From NCBI RefSeq assembly GCF_009914755.1, contig NC_060928.1: DNA of 64,000 bases; one strand, written 5' to 3'. Source of the DNA: the human T2T-CHM13v2.0 reference genome, Homo sapiens. Every line of letters begins with the position of its first letter. The stretch's first letter is position 1. Below, in pieces: positions 1 through 22,544 of the stretch. Below the pieces are notes generated by a model. That model made no database searches, was not told the origin of the DNA, and saw only the letters and a program-made list of their open reading frames with translations. The position numbers and the translations under genes were made by a program.

Positions 1-246
1 AGCAGAGACACTGGGGACACATAGCACAGCTGTCCCCACAGCCAAGCCCAGGGGCCACAGATGGGCAGAGCCCAATGCTGGCCTATGGTGACCCCACTAC
101 CCTTGACCACAGAGTGACCCCAGACGGAGAGCCCACTCGCAGCTCTTGACAGCCCTGAGGGGGTGTTTGCAGACCCAGGTCCTGAGAGAGGTCACTAGCA
201 TGGGGTCTGGGATATGGGTGTGCCAGCCCCATCTCTGATCTCGGCC

Positions 247-541
<295 letters not shown>

Positions 542-842
542 TCAGCCCCCGCTGCACTGCCCACCCCCTCGGAGCCAGGTGCCACCTTGGGAAATGTTGA
601 CATCGGTGCTGTCCCTTGTGCCACCACCCTCCTGAAGGCAGCACGCAGCCTCGGTCATGGGCCCTATCAGCCGGCCCGGCCTGCACACAGCAGGTGCTCA
701 GAACCTGCTCGGCCCTTGCCAGAGCAGGCAGGTTCCCCACCTCCCCGAAAAGGGGCCTGGACCACATGGTGCAACCCCAGGGGTGTAGGGGTGGAGCAAG
801 GGGAGTATCTCTGGGGTTGCAGCAGGGGCAGATGGACACTCA

Positions 843-1046
<204 letters not shown>

Positions 1047-1194
1047 TCAGAACTGGACCTGGCTTCACGGGACATGGGACACGGGGCAGGAGAACCCATC
1101 CCACCCCGGGGCCACCCTGGCTGGCAGAGGCTGGGCATGAGACAGTCCAGACCTCTGTTCCAGCCAAGCCGCCAACCGCCCTCTCCGGGCCTCA

Positions 1195-1437
<243 letters not shown>

Positions 1438-2005
1438 TTATCCTAGGTGCATGCCGTCAGGGCAGGGGGCTCAGTGTAGGGCCGTGTGCTGTGCCCAAGG
1501 CCCAGGCATAGCAACACAGCTTCCAGACGCACCGCTGGCTGCCTGCGGGGTAGGGTTTCCTGCCTTGTGTTTCCCACCCCACCCCAGAGCAAAGCAATCG
1601 CTAAAGGGAAGAGCCTGTCTCCACAGAGGCCCCACAGGGCCGTGGTGCCTGTGGCCCTGGCAAAGGTGGAAACATGCCCCCAATCCTACACTGAGCACTG
1701 ATCCCAGAAGGCAGAGGGCAGAGGGCCAGCTCGGAGATATGCGAGCAGAGCAAGGCCCTCCCCGCTGCACGTCTGGATACCAGAAGGTGGCGCTGTCCTG
1801 CAGACCCACAGGGGCGGGGCCTTGCTGGGAAGGGGCACTGGGAGCCCTGGGGGCCCCACCTTCCCATCCACAGGGCACCGTCAGTCCCTCCGCTCCGTCC
1901 CACAGCTGCCCCACCCCACTGCAGCTGTGCCCACCACCTCCACTGCCTGTGGACATAATGTCACACAGGGCATCTCGGGAGGGCCCACAGCACAGAAGGG
2001 TGTCA

Positions 2006-2251
<246 letters not shown>

Positions 2252-2328
2252 TCAGCCCCGGAGCCCGGGGGCCCTTCCCAAACCCATCGCCTCCTCAGCC
2301 TCTTGCCCCCACCCCCAAATCCACCCTA

Positions 2329-2670
<342 letters not shown>

Positions 2671-2794
2671 TCATGGGGACCCCTGGCTGTCAACGCATCC
2701 CTCACCAGTGACACCCTCCTGGCTGATGTTAGCCCAGCACCCCCAGGCTCCAGACTTACATCTCACTGCCAGCTGCACAGCCCATGATAGGGCT

Positions 2795-3050
2795 CAACAC
2801 ACAGACACAGGTGGGTGCAGAGGCACACGTGCATACAGACTCACGCTCAGTACATACCCCCAAGCACAAACACACCACCCGCACCTGATACACATGCACG
2901 AGCACACACAGGTACACACCACACATGTGCACAGACACACAGACACATATGCACACATCACACAATACACATGGGCACAGGAACAGAGACACGCACCGCA
3001 CACACCACACACACTCAATACACACAGGCAGGCATAGAAACATCACACAC
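2795..3050. repeat. CA-rich low-complexity tract
   Basis: Degenerate (CA)n; continues at 3363-3440 after an Alu. Confidence 0.8.
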
Positions 3051-3051
3051 T

Positions 3052-3591
<540 letters not shown>

Positions 3592-3594
3592 TCA

Positions 3595-4333
<739 letters not shown>

Positions 4334-6494
4334 TCAGGCGGGAGTCAGCGCAGGGCCACAGACCCCGGACCTACCTGCTGTGGCCCCAGCCAGCCCGAGG
4401 GGGTCAGAGTGCCAGCAGCCCCGTGAGGCCGAGGGGACACAGCGAGCTGGACACGGGGCCTTCCTGCCCAAGGAGAGCGCCACCCTGCCTCCCCCGAGGG
4501 CGGGCACCCAGCGCAGGGTCAGAGAGCATGCCCTGACCGGGGACCAGCCTGGGGGGCAGACACTGAGGCCAAGGACCTGGCCAGAGCCCACAGGACCACG
4601 AGCCCTGCCCAGACCAGACCTGGCGCTCCAAGGCAGGGAAAGGTGGGCGTGACGGGGTCTCAGCTAGAACCTCTGGGACTGCAGGCCAGCCCCACCCAAG
4701 GCCAGCCTGACCTTCCCTCCTGCAGGGCCCAGGTGTTTGGGCAGAATGTTGCCAGAGCGGGCACCATTCCCCAGCCACAGGCATTATCAAGTACTAGAGC
4801 TCTTCACCCCACGGACGTCCAGCACACAGCACAAGTGCACGCTGCGGCCGAGGGGAAGGCCTCCTAGGAGAGGTGAGACTGGCTCATCCCTGAGGGAGGC
4901 CAAAGTGGAGCGGGTCACCGGGGCTCACTCCGGGAGGCAGGAGGCCGTGTCACTCAAGGTCAACTTCCATGAGTCGACTGAGCTCCAGGCCACACCCTCG
5001 GACACAGCAGCCAGACCCAGGCTCCGCCCGGACAAGGTCTGACTCAGCCCACGGGACAGGACAGGGAGCTTGGGCAACAGCCGCCCTGTCTTCCTTTTTC
5101 TGCAGGACGGGGCCAGGCACAGAACGAGCTCCCCAGGCCCAGCTGGTGCCTGCCTGGCCGAGCCCGGGAGAGAAAGCCCACCCTGCGGAGCCGAGCCCGC
5201 CGCTCCAGCCTCAGCCCTGTCCTGGTTCCTCGGGGGCCTGAGTGGGGCCCACAGCTGACTCACTGAGAAGAGATGCGTCTGAAGCGTGCGGGGCAACGTG
5301 GGAGGACGATCTGTCTGACTCCCTTCCTCATCTCCCAGCCTCGACCCTGCCTGCGCTCGCCCCCTTGGGTCCTTTGAGTCTCATCCAGAGCACTGGGCTG
5401 CCTTCCGGGGTGGGTGTTGACCCAAGCTCTGCTCCGCCTGGCCCTCATGCTGCTGGTTGGAACCCGGGATCCCTGGTCACTGGCTGCAGATGAGTAACCT
5501 CCAGCCTCAAGGGCACTTGGCTGGAGTGAACATGGTGCTTACGGCTCACTGTGGTGACCCAGGCAGAGACCATGACGACTCTTGGTGTCAGGGTGAGATT
5601 TCTGTGTGCTCCATGATGACTCGTGGATATTAATAAAACAGTGAAGAACTGCAGCAGGAGGCCCTTGACTGTCCAAGGAACGCCCCACACCTACGACACC
5701 CACTGACTCTTGGACCATGAAACCAGCCCTGCACCCTCAGACACTCCACCCAAAGCCAGTTATGGCTTCCCCAGTGCCTGGACATGGTGGGCCAGGACGC
5801 CAAGCCACAGCAGTGAGTTACGGCTCGTGCCAGCATTGTGGGCAGCAGGCAGCCCCTGGGCCCATCCAGCAGATCCCGGGCCTGTCTCGGCCAGAGGCTG
5901 GCCCTCCATACCCAGCCAGCAAAGGAGGAGGGGAGAGGCCCCGGGGTCCACCTGGAAGAGCCCTGACCCAGGCCTGAGAGTGACTCCTGCCCCTGCCCCC
6001 GAGCTTCCTGACCATCCCCGTGACCTGGCGCCTCCCTGAGCTGTGGGTCCTGCTGCCAACTCTAGCTGTTCATTGCACGTTGGCCAGATACTGCCTGACC
6101 AGTTCCTGAGGCTCCGGGGGATGGCTGATGAGGGCACACAGGGCGGGAAAGGCTGCAGCGTGCAACACCTGAAGGGGGTGGGGGCAGGACGGAACCCAGC
6201 CCAGCCCAGGAGCCGCCCCTCACTCAGAGTCAGGTGGAGGGGAGGGCGGCTCCAAGCGCGCCTCTGCTGTGTGCCTGCTGTCCTGGGGCTGGGAGGCGTG
6301 GAAGGAGAGAGGGCCAACGCAGGGCCACCTGTATGTGACTGGCTGGGGAAGAGGGACCCAGGCTGGAGCCACTGAAGGCTGGGAAGGGCTGGGACTCCGT
6401 GACTGGCAGATCCCCCGGGGCACCCAGCCCTGCTCTGTGCCCTGGGCCCAGCCACCTCCAGGACAGACAGTGCCCCCAGTGCCCGCAATCCCTA

Positions 6495-7130
<636 letters not shown>

Positions 7131-8262
7131 GGGGGCTGTGGACCCCAAGTTCCTGAGGTTCAAGCCAGCCACAGGGAGGGGCCAGAGGCCAGCCTGGAAG
7201 AAGAGGCTGGGCTGGCTTTGCGCAGAGCCTCAAATCAGACCAGTCCCTCTACAGCCCCTGCGGGAAGCAGGCATGGGGTAGGAGGGCGAGGGGCTGCAGG
7301 CCAAGGCTGGAGGGAAGGCCAGAAAGGCCTGTGGGCCCCACCCTGGGGTAGGCAGTCCGCCACACACGCACCGGATTGTTACCTGCATTTTACAATGGAG
7401 GACACGGCTCTCAGAGGAGTAGGCACAGGTTTCTGTTTGTTTAGGATGGAGAGGCCTGTGTGTTGGAAGGCAGAGGAGGGAGTTTCGGCTTAGTCTTTTC
7501 TGCAAGAACCTGCTGATCCCACAACTGTGCCTGGCCCACCCTGGGGGAACCCAAGAGGCTCCAGGCCCTGTTGCTGAGGCCAGTATAGGGGTGGGGTGGA
7601 GGCTGGCCTGGTCAGACGTGCAAACAGGATTTCCCCCAAACAGGGAGGCTCTCTTGACCCTTGAAACCATCCCCGTTTCCTGAACAGTATTATTCGTGGT
7701 TTTTGTCTTAAACATTCATCTCCTTTGCCAGGGCCTGTCCATTTTCCACACCTGAGTCTGAACAGGCTAATGATGAGGCCCCAGCTTTCACTGTGCAGTC
7801 TTCTGCAGGGATTGTGTGTGTGTCTCAGATAGAGCTCTCCACTTTGGGATTTTTTTTTTTTTGTAGAGTCTCATCCAGTAACAAAGAGAAAATGGAGCTC
7901 ACCCGGGGTGTCCTGAGATGGGTGGGCCCCAAGGGGGTTCCATTCTCTGAGACGTGTGATGGAGCCCTGTGGTCCTCACTCTCTTTATCTCCTCTGCCTT
8001 CCCCACCGTCTAGCCTCCCCCCTCATCTTTGTTCCCCATTCCCCCACCAGTTCCTTCTGTTCTCCTTCTCCTCACCTCTTGCTCGCCCTGCCCTGAGGAC
8101 CCAGCCCCCTCACAACCTTCCTCCATAGTCCAGTGCCAATGTTGGCCTAGGGCCTTCAACATCCCCTAACCCCACCTGGCAGAGGGGGAGTTGCAGTGCA
8201 GGCTTCCCTGTTGAGGGACCTCACTATTGTGGAGCACTGCCTCTGACAGGTGGTGTCTGAGC

Positions 8263-8413
8263 CTGTCACCATGAAATGGGGCAGCCACAGTAGCTACCTC
8301 CATCGTTCAGTCTCTGTTGAGCGTGCATTGTCGAGGGGTGTCACCATGAAACGGGGCAGCCACTGTAGCTACCTCCATTGTTCAGTCTCTGTTGAGCGTG
8401 CATTGTTGAGGGG
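8263..8413. repeat. ~76 bp tandem duplication (2 copies)
   Basis: tgtcaccatgaaa..ggggcagccac..gtagctacctccat..gttcagtctctgttgagcgtgcattg occurs twice. Confidence 0.9.
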
Positions 8414-8429
8414 CTCCTCCTCCCTACAT

Positions 8430-8638
8430 GTCGGAACTCTTGGGTTGAGCAGGTGAGCTCAGCAACATTGCAGAATGCAAGATCAGCACACAACAATCGC
8501 TTGCATTGATGTATACCAACAAGAAACATGAAAACCAAAGTTAAAGACATTCATAATTACTCCAAGGAAAATTAAATACTTTGGTATAAACTTAGCAAAC
8601 CATCTACAGAACTTGCATGCTAAAAATTACAAACCATG
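8430..8638 (+). mobile_element. Old L1 (L1M) ORF2 fragment
   Basis: Resembles L1 RT-region text (cagcaacattgcagaatgcaagatca...aaatactttggtataaactta...aattacaaac). Confidence 0.65.
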
Positions 8639-8935
8639 GGCCGGGTGCGGTGGCTCACGCCTGTAATCCCAGCACTTTGGGAGGCCAAGGCAGGTGGATC
8701 ACAAGGTCAGGAGTTCAAGACCAGCCTGGCCAACATGGTGAAACCCAGTCTCTAGTAAAAATACAAAAATTAGCCAGGTGTGGTGACATGCACCTGTAGT
8801 CCCAGCTATTTGGGAGGCTGAGGTAAGAGAATCTCGAACCCGGGAAGCAGAGGTTGCAGTGAGCTGAGATCATGCCACTGCACTCCAGCCTGGGCAACAG
8901 AGTGAGACTCTGTCTCAAAAAAAAAAAAAAAAAAA
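8639..8935 (+). mobile_element. Alu with TSD aaaaattacaaaccatg
   Basis: Full dimer, poly-A tail, TSD on both sides. Confidence 0.95.
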
Positions 8936-8946
8936 TTACAAACCAT

Positions 8947-9260
8947 GGCTGGGCGAGGTAGCTCACATCTATAATCCCAGCACTTTGGGAGGCCGAGGTG
9001 GGTGGATTACCTGAGGTCGGGAGTTCAAGACCAGCCTGGCCAATATGGTGAAACCGTCTTCACTAAAAATGCAACAGATTAGCTGGGCATGGTGGTGCAT
9101 GCCTGTAATCCCAGCTACTCAGGAGGCTATATAAGGTGGGAATTGATTAAACCCGGGAGGCAGAGGTTGCAGTGAGCTAAGATCGTGCCACTGCACTCCA
9201 ACCTGGGCAACAGAGGGAGACTCTGTCACAAAAAAAAAACAAAAATAAAACAAGGAAAAA
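8947..9260 (+). mobile_element. Alu (flanks do not match each other)
   Basis: Full dimer; its 3' flank is the MER4 3' half. Confidence 0.95.
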
Positions 9261-9668
<408 letters not shown>

Positions 9669-9919
9669 TTAAAAAATCGCATAGTATAAGTCCACTTATT
9701 TGGAAACAATGACTTTTTCCACTCTTGCATCTAATGAAACAGTTTTGTTTACATTTCTCCACAAGCACCTTCGGCACACTCACCTAAGCTGCCCGAGTTT
9801 TGGATCCGGGTACAGCACCATCCTGGGATCCTCACCCCAAGCCCAGAATTGCCTGTGTACGTTTACATGGTGACCTCCAGACAAAGGCACCCAGCGTCTT
9901 GCTTTCCAAAAGGATCTCT

Positions 9920-10291
<372 letters not shown>

Positions 10292-10977
10292 TCAATGCTG
10301 TTATCTCTCTTCTTTTAACCCAACATAGACTTCTGTCAGCATCCCAGACTAGCATTCGTTAATTGCGGGCTAATGTGTCTTTCCTAAACAGTATCTTGTT
10401 CAAAATCAAGCCACTGGAAACAGTTGCTCTGCCAAGGCTGAAGGAGGAGGCAGGCCGCCTTTTCCAGCCTGTCAGGGAGGAAACCTCACCTGCTGCGCTG
10501 AGACGGCCTGCCTGTCCTGCTGCTCCTCTGAGTGGTTTTTATCTGCTCCTCCCAGAGAACCTCAGCAATGTGAGGGCAGGAGCCGTCTGCCCACCCCGAA
10601 GCCCTGGGGGAAGGACTGCCCGGCACAGCTCCAGGGTAAAAACAGAAACCGTGGGACGCATGGCCTCTCTGCTGTGGGTCCCTCCACCGCCCCGGGCCTG
10701 CCAGACAGGTTCTTCCGCGGGGTGCCCACTTCCTGTGTGGAGCCTCCTTGACCCGTCTGGTTCCATGTGCCCCATCTCCACGCGCCTGCATGCCATCACT
10801 CCCACCCATCTCTGCGCCTCCCTCCAGGGCCCGGCTGCTGATAGCCCATGCGGGACAGCGCCCGTGGCCGGGACTGAGTCGGCACACCCAGACCCGGGTG
10901 CACAGGCTGCCCCAGAGTGACAACGTGAATGCATCCTCAAGCATGTGGAAGGCCCATCCTTTTACAGAGATGTGCAC

Positions 10978-11101
10978 GGGAACATGAGCCTGTCTATTTA
11001 CTTAGACAAGGGAGGGCCCTGGCCACGTCCAGGCCACAGAGGGAACATGAGCCTGTCTATTTACTTAGATGAGGGAGGGCTCTGGCCATGTCCAGGCCAC
11101 A
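10978..11101. repeat. ~63 bp tandem duplication
   Basis: gggaacatgagcctgtctatttacttaga..gggaggg..tggcca..tccaggccaca occurs twice. Confidence 0.9.
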
Positions 11102-11289
11102 TGCCACTCCAGTCGGACCTGCCAGAGAGGAGCCCTCCGTGTCCTCCTCCTCCCCTCCCCGTCCAGCGTGGAGGCTCCCGTGAGCCCCGAAGTCGGGGCC
11201 CCTTTAATCTGGAGTCTAGGGGGCCCCCTCTGTCTCTCCTTCACAGAGGATTTGGTATAAGCCGTGGAAGGACCTAGTGTTCTCATTTG

Positions 11290-12645
<1,356 letters not shown>

Positions 12646-12663
12646 AGGTGAAGAAGAATTTTT

Positions 12664-12762
12664 GTGTGTGTGTGTGTGTGTGTGTAGGGTTTAAATAGTT
12701 AACTAATATTTTGTACATTGTGTGATCAGGTACCTACTTTCTTATCTACATGGTGTGAAATG

Positions 12763-12797
<35 letters not shown>
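12664..12797. repeat. Two (TG)n microsatellites
   Basis: TG runs at 12664-12686 and 12767-12797. Confidence 0.95.
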
Positions 12798-12800
<3 letters not shown>

Positions 12801-12872
12801 AAAATGAACATGTGTTAAATCAGAGACTTGAAGTGCCTGAGACTTTGCTCTGCTCACAAGCTAACAAGCTAG

Positions 12873-13297
<425 letters not shown>

Positions 13298-13413
13298 TGA
13301 AACTCTTTTTTCCTTTATGTGGCTGCTGGGGGCCTCCTCATCCTCGCTTCCAGAGAGACAAACCTGGTCTCTTCTCTGGTGTGTAAGTAAGCCTTCTCCA
13401 GGGACAGAGGTAG

Positions 13414-13596
<183 letters not shown>

Positions 13597-13686
13597 TGAC
13601 TCTGAGGACCTGGACCGTGGAGAAACATGAGGTGTGGAAAATTGCCTCCCAATAGGGTCTAACCTGCTTTAAGACTGTGAGATGGA

Positions 13687-14270
13687 GGCTGGGCGCGGTG
13701 GCTCACGCCTATAATCCCAGCACTTTGGGAGGCCGAGGCGGGCGGATGGATCACGAGGTCAGGAGATCAAGACCATCTTAGCTAACACAGTGAAACCCCA
13801 TCTCTACTAAAAATACAAAAAATCAGCCGGGCGTGGTGGCAGGCACCTGTAATCCCAGCTACTCGGGAGGCTGAGGCAGGAGAATCGCTTGAACCTGGGA
13901 GGCGGAGGTTGCATGAGCCAAGATCGTGCCATTGCACTCCAGCCTGGGCAATAGAGCAAGACTCTGTCTCAAAAAAAAAAAAAAAAATGCCAGGCGTGGT
14001 GGCTCACGCCTGTAATCCCAGTACTTTGGGAGGCTGAGGCGGGCAGATGACGAGGTCAGGAGATCGAGGCCATCCTGACTAACACGGTGAAACCCCATCT
14101 CTACTAAAAATACAAAAAATTAGCCTGTAGTCCCAGCTACTCAGGAGGCTGAAGCAAGAGAATGGCGTGAACCTGGGAGGTGGAGCTTGCAGTGTGAGTG
14201 GAGATCGCACCACTGCACTCCAGCCTGGGCGACAGAGCGAGATTCCGTCTCAAAATAAAATTTAAAAAAA
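13687..14270 (+). mobile_element. Two tandem Alus (13687-13987, 13988-14270)
   Basis: Head-to-tail dimers; degenerate TSD act(g/t)tgagatgg flanks the pair. Confidence 0.93.
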
Positions 14271-14428
14271 AACTTTGAGATGGGTATTTAATGTTTTTGC
14301 CTGTCTTTTGGCAGGTAGGTATTGTGTGTGTGTGTGTGTGCGCGCGCACATGCCTGTGTGTAGTGTATGTGTCTAATTTCTCTGTGGGTATGACTGATAT
14401 CTAACATTTTGTGTATAGTGTGGCATAA

Positions 14429-15322
<894 letters not shown>

Positions 15323-15329
15323 ATTGGTT

Positions 15330-15623
<294 letters not shown>

Positions 15624-15812
15624 GTTGACATTCGATGTTTAACCTACACAGTTAACTGCACATTATTCCAAGATAGGCCAAGTCCATGCAGTGTCTCCAG
15701 GCTCTTCTGAGCAGGCCGGGGCTTTAGAGCGTGCTCCCTGCTCACCACACCACACGCAGCTTTCTGGTGGTCATTGCTGAGTTTTAGTTTTGTGTAAAAA
15801 CACGCACACACA

Positions 15813-16200
<388 letters not shown>

Positions 16201-16762
16201 AACGGCTGGAATTATTTCTCCGGCGATGGTTAAATGATACTTGGGTTCAGTTGTTGGTGATGTGCCAGCTGCTCAGGGTCTGGTTCTTCTGACTCTTTTG
16301 TGGGCGTCCTGCCTCCCCATATCCGGCATCCTACCAGGCGTCCGAGCATGTTCCTAGCACGGTGTTTGCGTCTCCACCTGCAGAGTCAGGTTAGTCCTCA
16401 AGTCTGAAGCTCCTCACGACTCTCTCTTCCTCTGCTCTTGTGAGATCATCACGTCTGCGATTTCAGCCCTGCCTGGCTCCCCTGCGCTTCCACTGCTTCC
16501 CTGCCTCCCTGTCCTCAGCAGCGTCACTTACAGCCACACCAAGCTCTTCAACTGGTTTGTGAATTACCTCATGGACTGGTTTTCGTGTGTGTCCAGGACT
16601 ATAAATTTTATTTCCAAGATTTCCACCTGGTTGATTGAAACAGGCATTCACTGATGCGTTCACCCAACAAACTCCCATGAGGCCTCCTCTGCAGGGCACC
16701 TGCGGGCACTTCCGGCTCCCAGAGGGGCCTGGCGTCTGGAGGGAGAAGTGGAAGGAGACTGA

Positions 16763-17115
<353 letters not shown>

Positions 17116-17400
17116 TGATTTTCAACATTACCAAATATCTAATCAGTGTCCCTCACCACGATTGTTGCGTAATGTGCTTCGTTTCGTTTTCAGTTTGCGT
17201 GACTCAGGATGCAAATCAAGCCATAGGTCTACACTCACTTCCTCTCGATTGTTTCTCTCATTGTATCTTCTTCAATCCCCTGCACAGCTGGTTGTGGAAG
17301 AAACAGTTCCTAGTCCTGAGAGTTTCTGCTGACATTCCAAGGCATCTCCCGCCTGTCCCCGAATTCTATAAATCAGTGTGAGACCCGGAGGCCTAATCAG

Positions 17401-17700
17401 TGTCTTAGTGTGGGTCCCCAAGAAGCAGAGCCTGAGCTAAGGGGCTTGGGGTGGGTTGGGCTGGGATCTTTCCTCGGGCGACCACCTTAGGGAGTCAGAA
17501 AGGGGCAGAGAGTGTGAAATGGGAAGAAACAGCAACGCTGAAGAAAAGGTGCATCCCAGGGCTGCCTGAGTCCCTGGGAGAGCTCCCCCTGCACCGTGGG
17601 CCCCAGCCAGAGAAGGCCTGGGACGAAGACCCACTGGGGGGCCTCCCACGGAGCAGCCAGAGGGGCGAGGCTGGGTGGGGGGACGGAGCACCTGCTGCAC
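17401..17700. mobile_element. Possible old ERVL-type LTR relic
   Basis: tgtcttagtgtgggtccccaagaagcagagcctgag resembles an ERVL LTR terminus. Confidence 0.4.
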
Positions 17701-18964
17701 CTGTATTCAGGGTGGATTTTTAAGCAAGATCTCGTTGTAGCCGTGTCGCTTTCCTACCAGGAGGCCCATGACATCCGGCTGTCTCTCTGGTAATGTTCAT
17801 ATCAATGACGGTTGTTACCTGTGTCATTATCTCACTGGGGCTGTGACGGGGGAGAGTTTATTCTATACTTTCTTCATTTACCAGCTGCAATGTTCCTAGA
17901 GAGAAGCCAGCACTCGCCAGATCTTTGGCCACCCCGAGGTGTCGTGTGCATAAGGGAAGATGAGAGGCTGGTTGACGCCCACCCTTCACCAGTTTTGTAA
18001 ATAACAAGCTGGCGCCCCAGAACCCATCCACAGCAGCTTTTTCAGTGGCATTATGCATTCGTGGTGCAAGCATCCTTACTGTGCTTCAATCAGTGGCTTC
18101 AGTCGTGGCCGGCGCACACTGATGGAGTTTCTTCCTCGTCGCGGGTCATATTTTCCTCTTTGCATGTCTGATGACTTTTGATTAGATGCAGGCGTTGTTC
18201 ACTTTCCCTGTTGAGTTCTGAGTATATTTGCATTCCTATTAAATATCCCTGTGTTTTGCTCTGGACACAAAGTCAAGTTACTTGGAGACACATTGGTCCT
18301 TCCAGCCTTCTGAGCTTTGGAGTCTGGACCAGCGCAGAGTTCGCTCCTGTCCCACAGCTGACCGCCCTGCCTGGTGCCCCTGGGACGACGAGGACATCCT
18401 GGGGCCGGAGGGGGTGCAAAGACTCCCAGCCCTGTTCCGCCAGCTTCTTTCCAGAGTCCCTCCCAGCTCCGGGCAGCTCCCACATGCCTGCCCCATCCTG
18501 GAGCTCTGGCTGTGGGCAGTCCCTCCTCTCCGTCCCTGCCCTGTGGACTCTGGTGTGTGGGCCTCCCTGACTCCCAGCTTTGCCTCCTCCGCCCAGCTCC
18601 TCTCCCTGAGTTGCAGCCAGGAGGCTTCCTTTAGGCCTCGCCCCATTTGCTCCTCTCTCAGGCACCATGTCCTGTGCTCCCTGATGCCCAGTGTCTGAAG
18701 ATCGTTGGATGTATTTTGTCCACTGTTTCAGCTGCTTCGGGAAAGAGGGTAAACTCACGCCCTGCACACACATGCCGATGGCACAGAGATTGAGGCTGTG
18801 AGCTTTGCCTCCCCCTGGTGTGAAAATACGTCATCTTCTGGCTTTGCAGTCAGTGCTGTGCACCTCAGTTTTGATCTGCCTTGTAGTTTTATGAGTCTCA
18901 TGAGGGAATTCGGGGAGATACAAAATTCTTGCTACTGCCACCATCTTCCCAGAATCCACAGGGA

Positions 18965-19781
<817 letters not shown>

Positions 19782-22544
19782 CCACAAAGCATTTTTAGGG
19801 CAGGCAAATGGGTAGAATGTTCAATGGTAAATGGGTAGAACTTCAATGGTCCCTGCTCCAGGTAAATGGCAGCAACTGTGAGCCCTTTTCTCATCTCGCA
19901 GGACAGCATATCCTGGATACCGGAGGTCACTCTGTAAGTAAGAGTGTGTGGTACCATCAGTCTCTTCTTTATCAGTCTTCTTTATCTTTATCTCTTCTTT
20001 ATTCACTATCCAAGGTGTGGAGGTTCAAGAGTGTATCCGATTAACCGTGTGGATGGCCATGTTTTCAATTTTTCTGTTATACATTATGCTGCAATTAATA
20101 GCCTTGGTCATCCATCTTTTTTATTCCTGCCATTTATCTCTGGAATAAAGTCCTATTTGGGGGCCACTGGGCTGAAGGATAAATGCCCGTGTACTTTGCT
20201 GGATACTGTCAAACGCTCCTCTGCTCCCACCACTCACGTCTGAGAGCCCTGTTTCCTGACAGCCTTGCCAACAAGGTGAGTGAGTGTCAGGGAGAGCTCT
20301 GGGTGGAGTGAGCTTGGGGAAACAGGCAGAGGTGGGAGCAGGGACCTCAGAGGACGTCCTTATCATCACGCGCTGGGTGGAGCGCTCCCACTTGGGTGTG
20401 ACGGGACCCGCTGGTTGGCTGCTCTGTTGAGGATTGACTGGGGGTGGGGGGCCCAAGGCTGTGGCACCAGTTCCAGCAGGACAGGGCGGGTTTGGGCCAG
20501 AGCAGCCTTGGAAAGCCATGGTTGGATGATGGGAAGTTTCCAAGACAGAGCTGGCAGGACTTTCTGATGAAAACAGAAGAGAGCAATTGGGAACAAGACC
20601 ACATGTCTGTACCCCAGCAACAGAAAGGGTGGTGACAAAGGCAGTTGGATTTACCCCACAAAGTCCTGGAGCATTTGGTTGAGACATGGGGGTAGGCGCA
20701 GATGCCTGATGTGCTTAAGAGAGAACTCGGGGAGGGAAATTGGAGAAAGAGTTCCTGAAGAGTGACGCTGTGAAGACAGCAGAGAAGCACAGGGTCCAGC
20801 GAGCTCTTTCTGTTCTGCTCCATCCTCAAGGATGGGCAGACCCTCTGCCAGTTTGTGAGTGACCAGAATGATCTGCCAGAGAGGCACCCAATGGCCCTAG
20901 GAGGCCCTAGTGACTGGGTGGGCAGGGAGGGCGGACCGGCACCCTGGGGAAGGTTGGGGCACCCTCTGGGGGGGACAGGGGCCTCCCCTCTACTCCAGTC
21001 TGCTTGTGCCATGATTCCTGCCTCCCTTCTTTACAGCTCTGCTAAGGAATACGTGCCTGTATGTAATATGTGCACACCCCGAACTCACACCAGGACAGCA
21101 CACACTGCCAACACCCTAGGCTTCTTTGGCCCCGATGCCTCCACCCTCGGGCCTTGGCTGAGTGAGGTCCCAGGAGGGTGCAGGTGGGAGACCTGGCTGG
21201 CTGCCGATGGGCCATGGATGGCCAGTTTGGGCATGAGAGGAAGAGGGTGCAGAGGACTCTGGGGTCTTGCCTCAGGACTGGCGGTGGGGGGTGGGGGGTC
21301 CTGGGGTACACAGCAGACTCAGGATGGCCTGGGGAAGCCATCCGGCCATGTGGCATTTAAGCTTCCTAATGACATTCAGCAGAAACAGAGCTGGACACAA
21401 GAGCCCAGGGCTCAGAGTCAAGGTCCGGGCACCGCTGGCACCCACCCAGGAGAGTAGTGGGAAGCCTAGGGGTAGGGTCTGCACCTCCTTGAGGAGGGGC
21501 CTGGGGCCTGGAGTGAGTTCTGAACTGCAGCTTACCACTCTGCCTCTTCCTGAGGCCACCACACTCAGCCCAGGACTGTTCCTGGCCTGCTGGCCACCCC
21601 CTGCCCCTTGCACCCCAGCACCAATACCTTGCCCCTGCCCTCCTTCTGGGATGATCCTCCAGTCCTCCCCTCCACATCTGGGGCCTGCCTCCACCAACTG
21701 AAAACTGCAGTCAGGGCTCTTGTGGAGGGCCAGCACCCCAGTACCCCAATCCCAGGCAGCCCTCTCCAGTGGGCCCCTCCCCTGCACTGGGCCACCCCAT
21801 GGCTCCACGGAGCCCTCCCTGCCTCCCCTCCCCCGGGGGCAGCAGTGGCCACATTTAGTCCCTCCCCTTCACAGCAGCATGCCTGGGAATGCTGTACACA
21901 TTCACATGTCTGCTGTCTGTCCTCCTCCCACCCGGATAACGTGTCCACCCAGTGCTGGAGATCTCAGCAGGCCCCCAGCCCTTCTCAGGCCCCTCTCAGC
22001 AGCGGACTCAAGCCGCTTCCCCACGTGCTGCACCATACCTGGGCCCGGGGCCCCCTGCCTGGTGGCTGCTCCCGGGGTCCAACTCTAGACTTCACGGGGA
22101 CAGTCGCAGGGTCACTCCCTCAGCCACCACCTCTCCAGACGGGACGAGCTAATGACTCCCGACTCCTGCTCCATGCCTGCACCGCACAGCCTCGCAGCGA
22201 GTGCCCCTGGGCCTACGGGGCCTCCCCTCTCGCCACCAAGCCTCCACACTGCGCGGTGCCCCGCCGCCCGGAACCACAGTGGTCTCGCTTCCCACCCAAG
22301 ACCCAACCTGCCCTCCCGTCCTGGGCCGCCAGCCCAGAACCCGCAAACCGGGAGACCCTAGGACCCCGCGTGCCTGCACGTCCGCCTCACCCCCGCACGC
22401 GCCCTCGGTCCTCGGATCCCGCCCTCTCAGGACAGTGCCAGTCCCACGAAGGCGCAAATGCCGCCCGTACTGCTCCACCCTGGCGGAGGGCACCCAGGTC
22501 GGAGAGTCCGCACGCGGGTGCCCTGTCCGTCCTGATGCTGAACA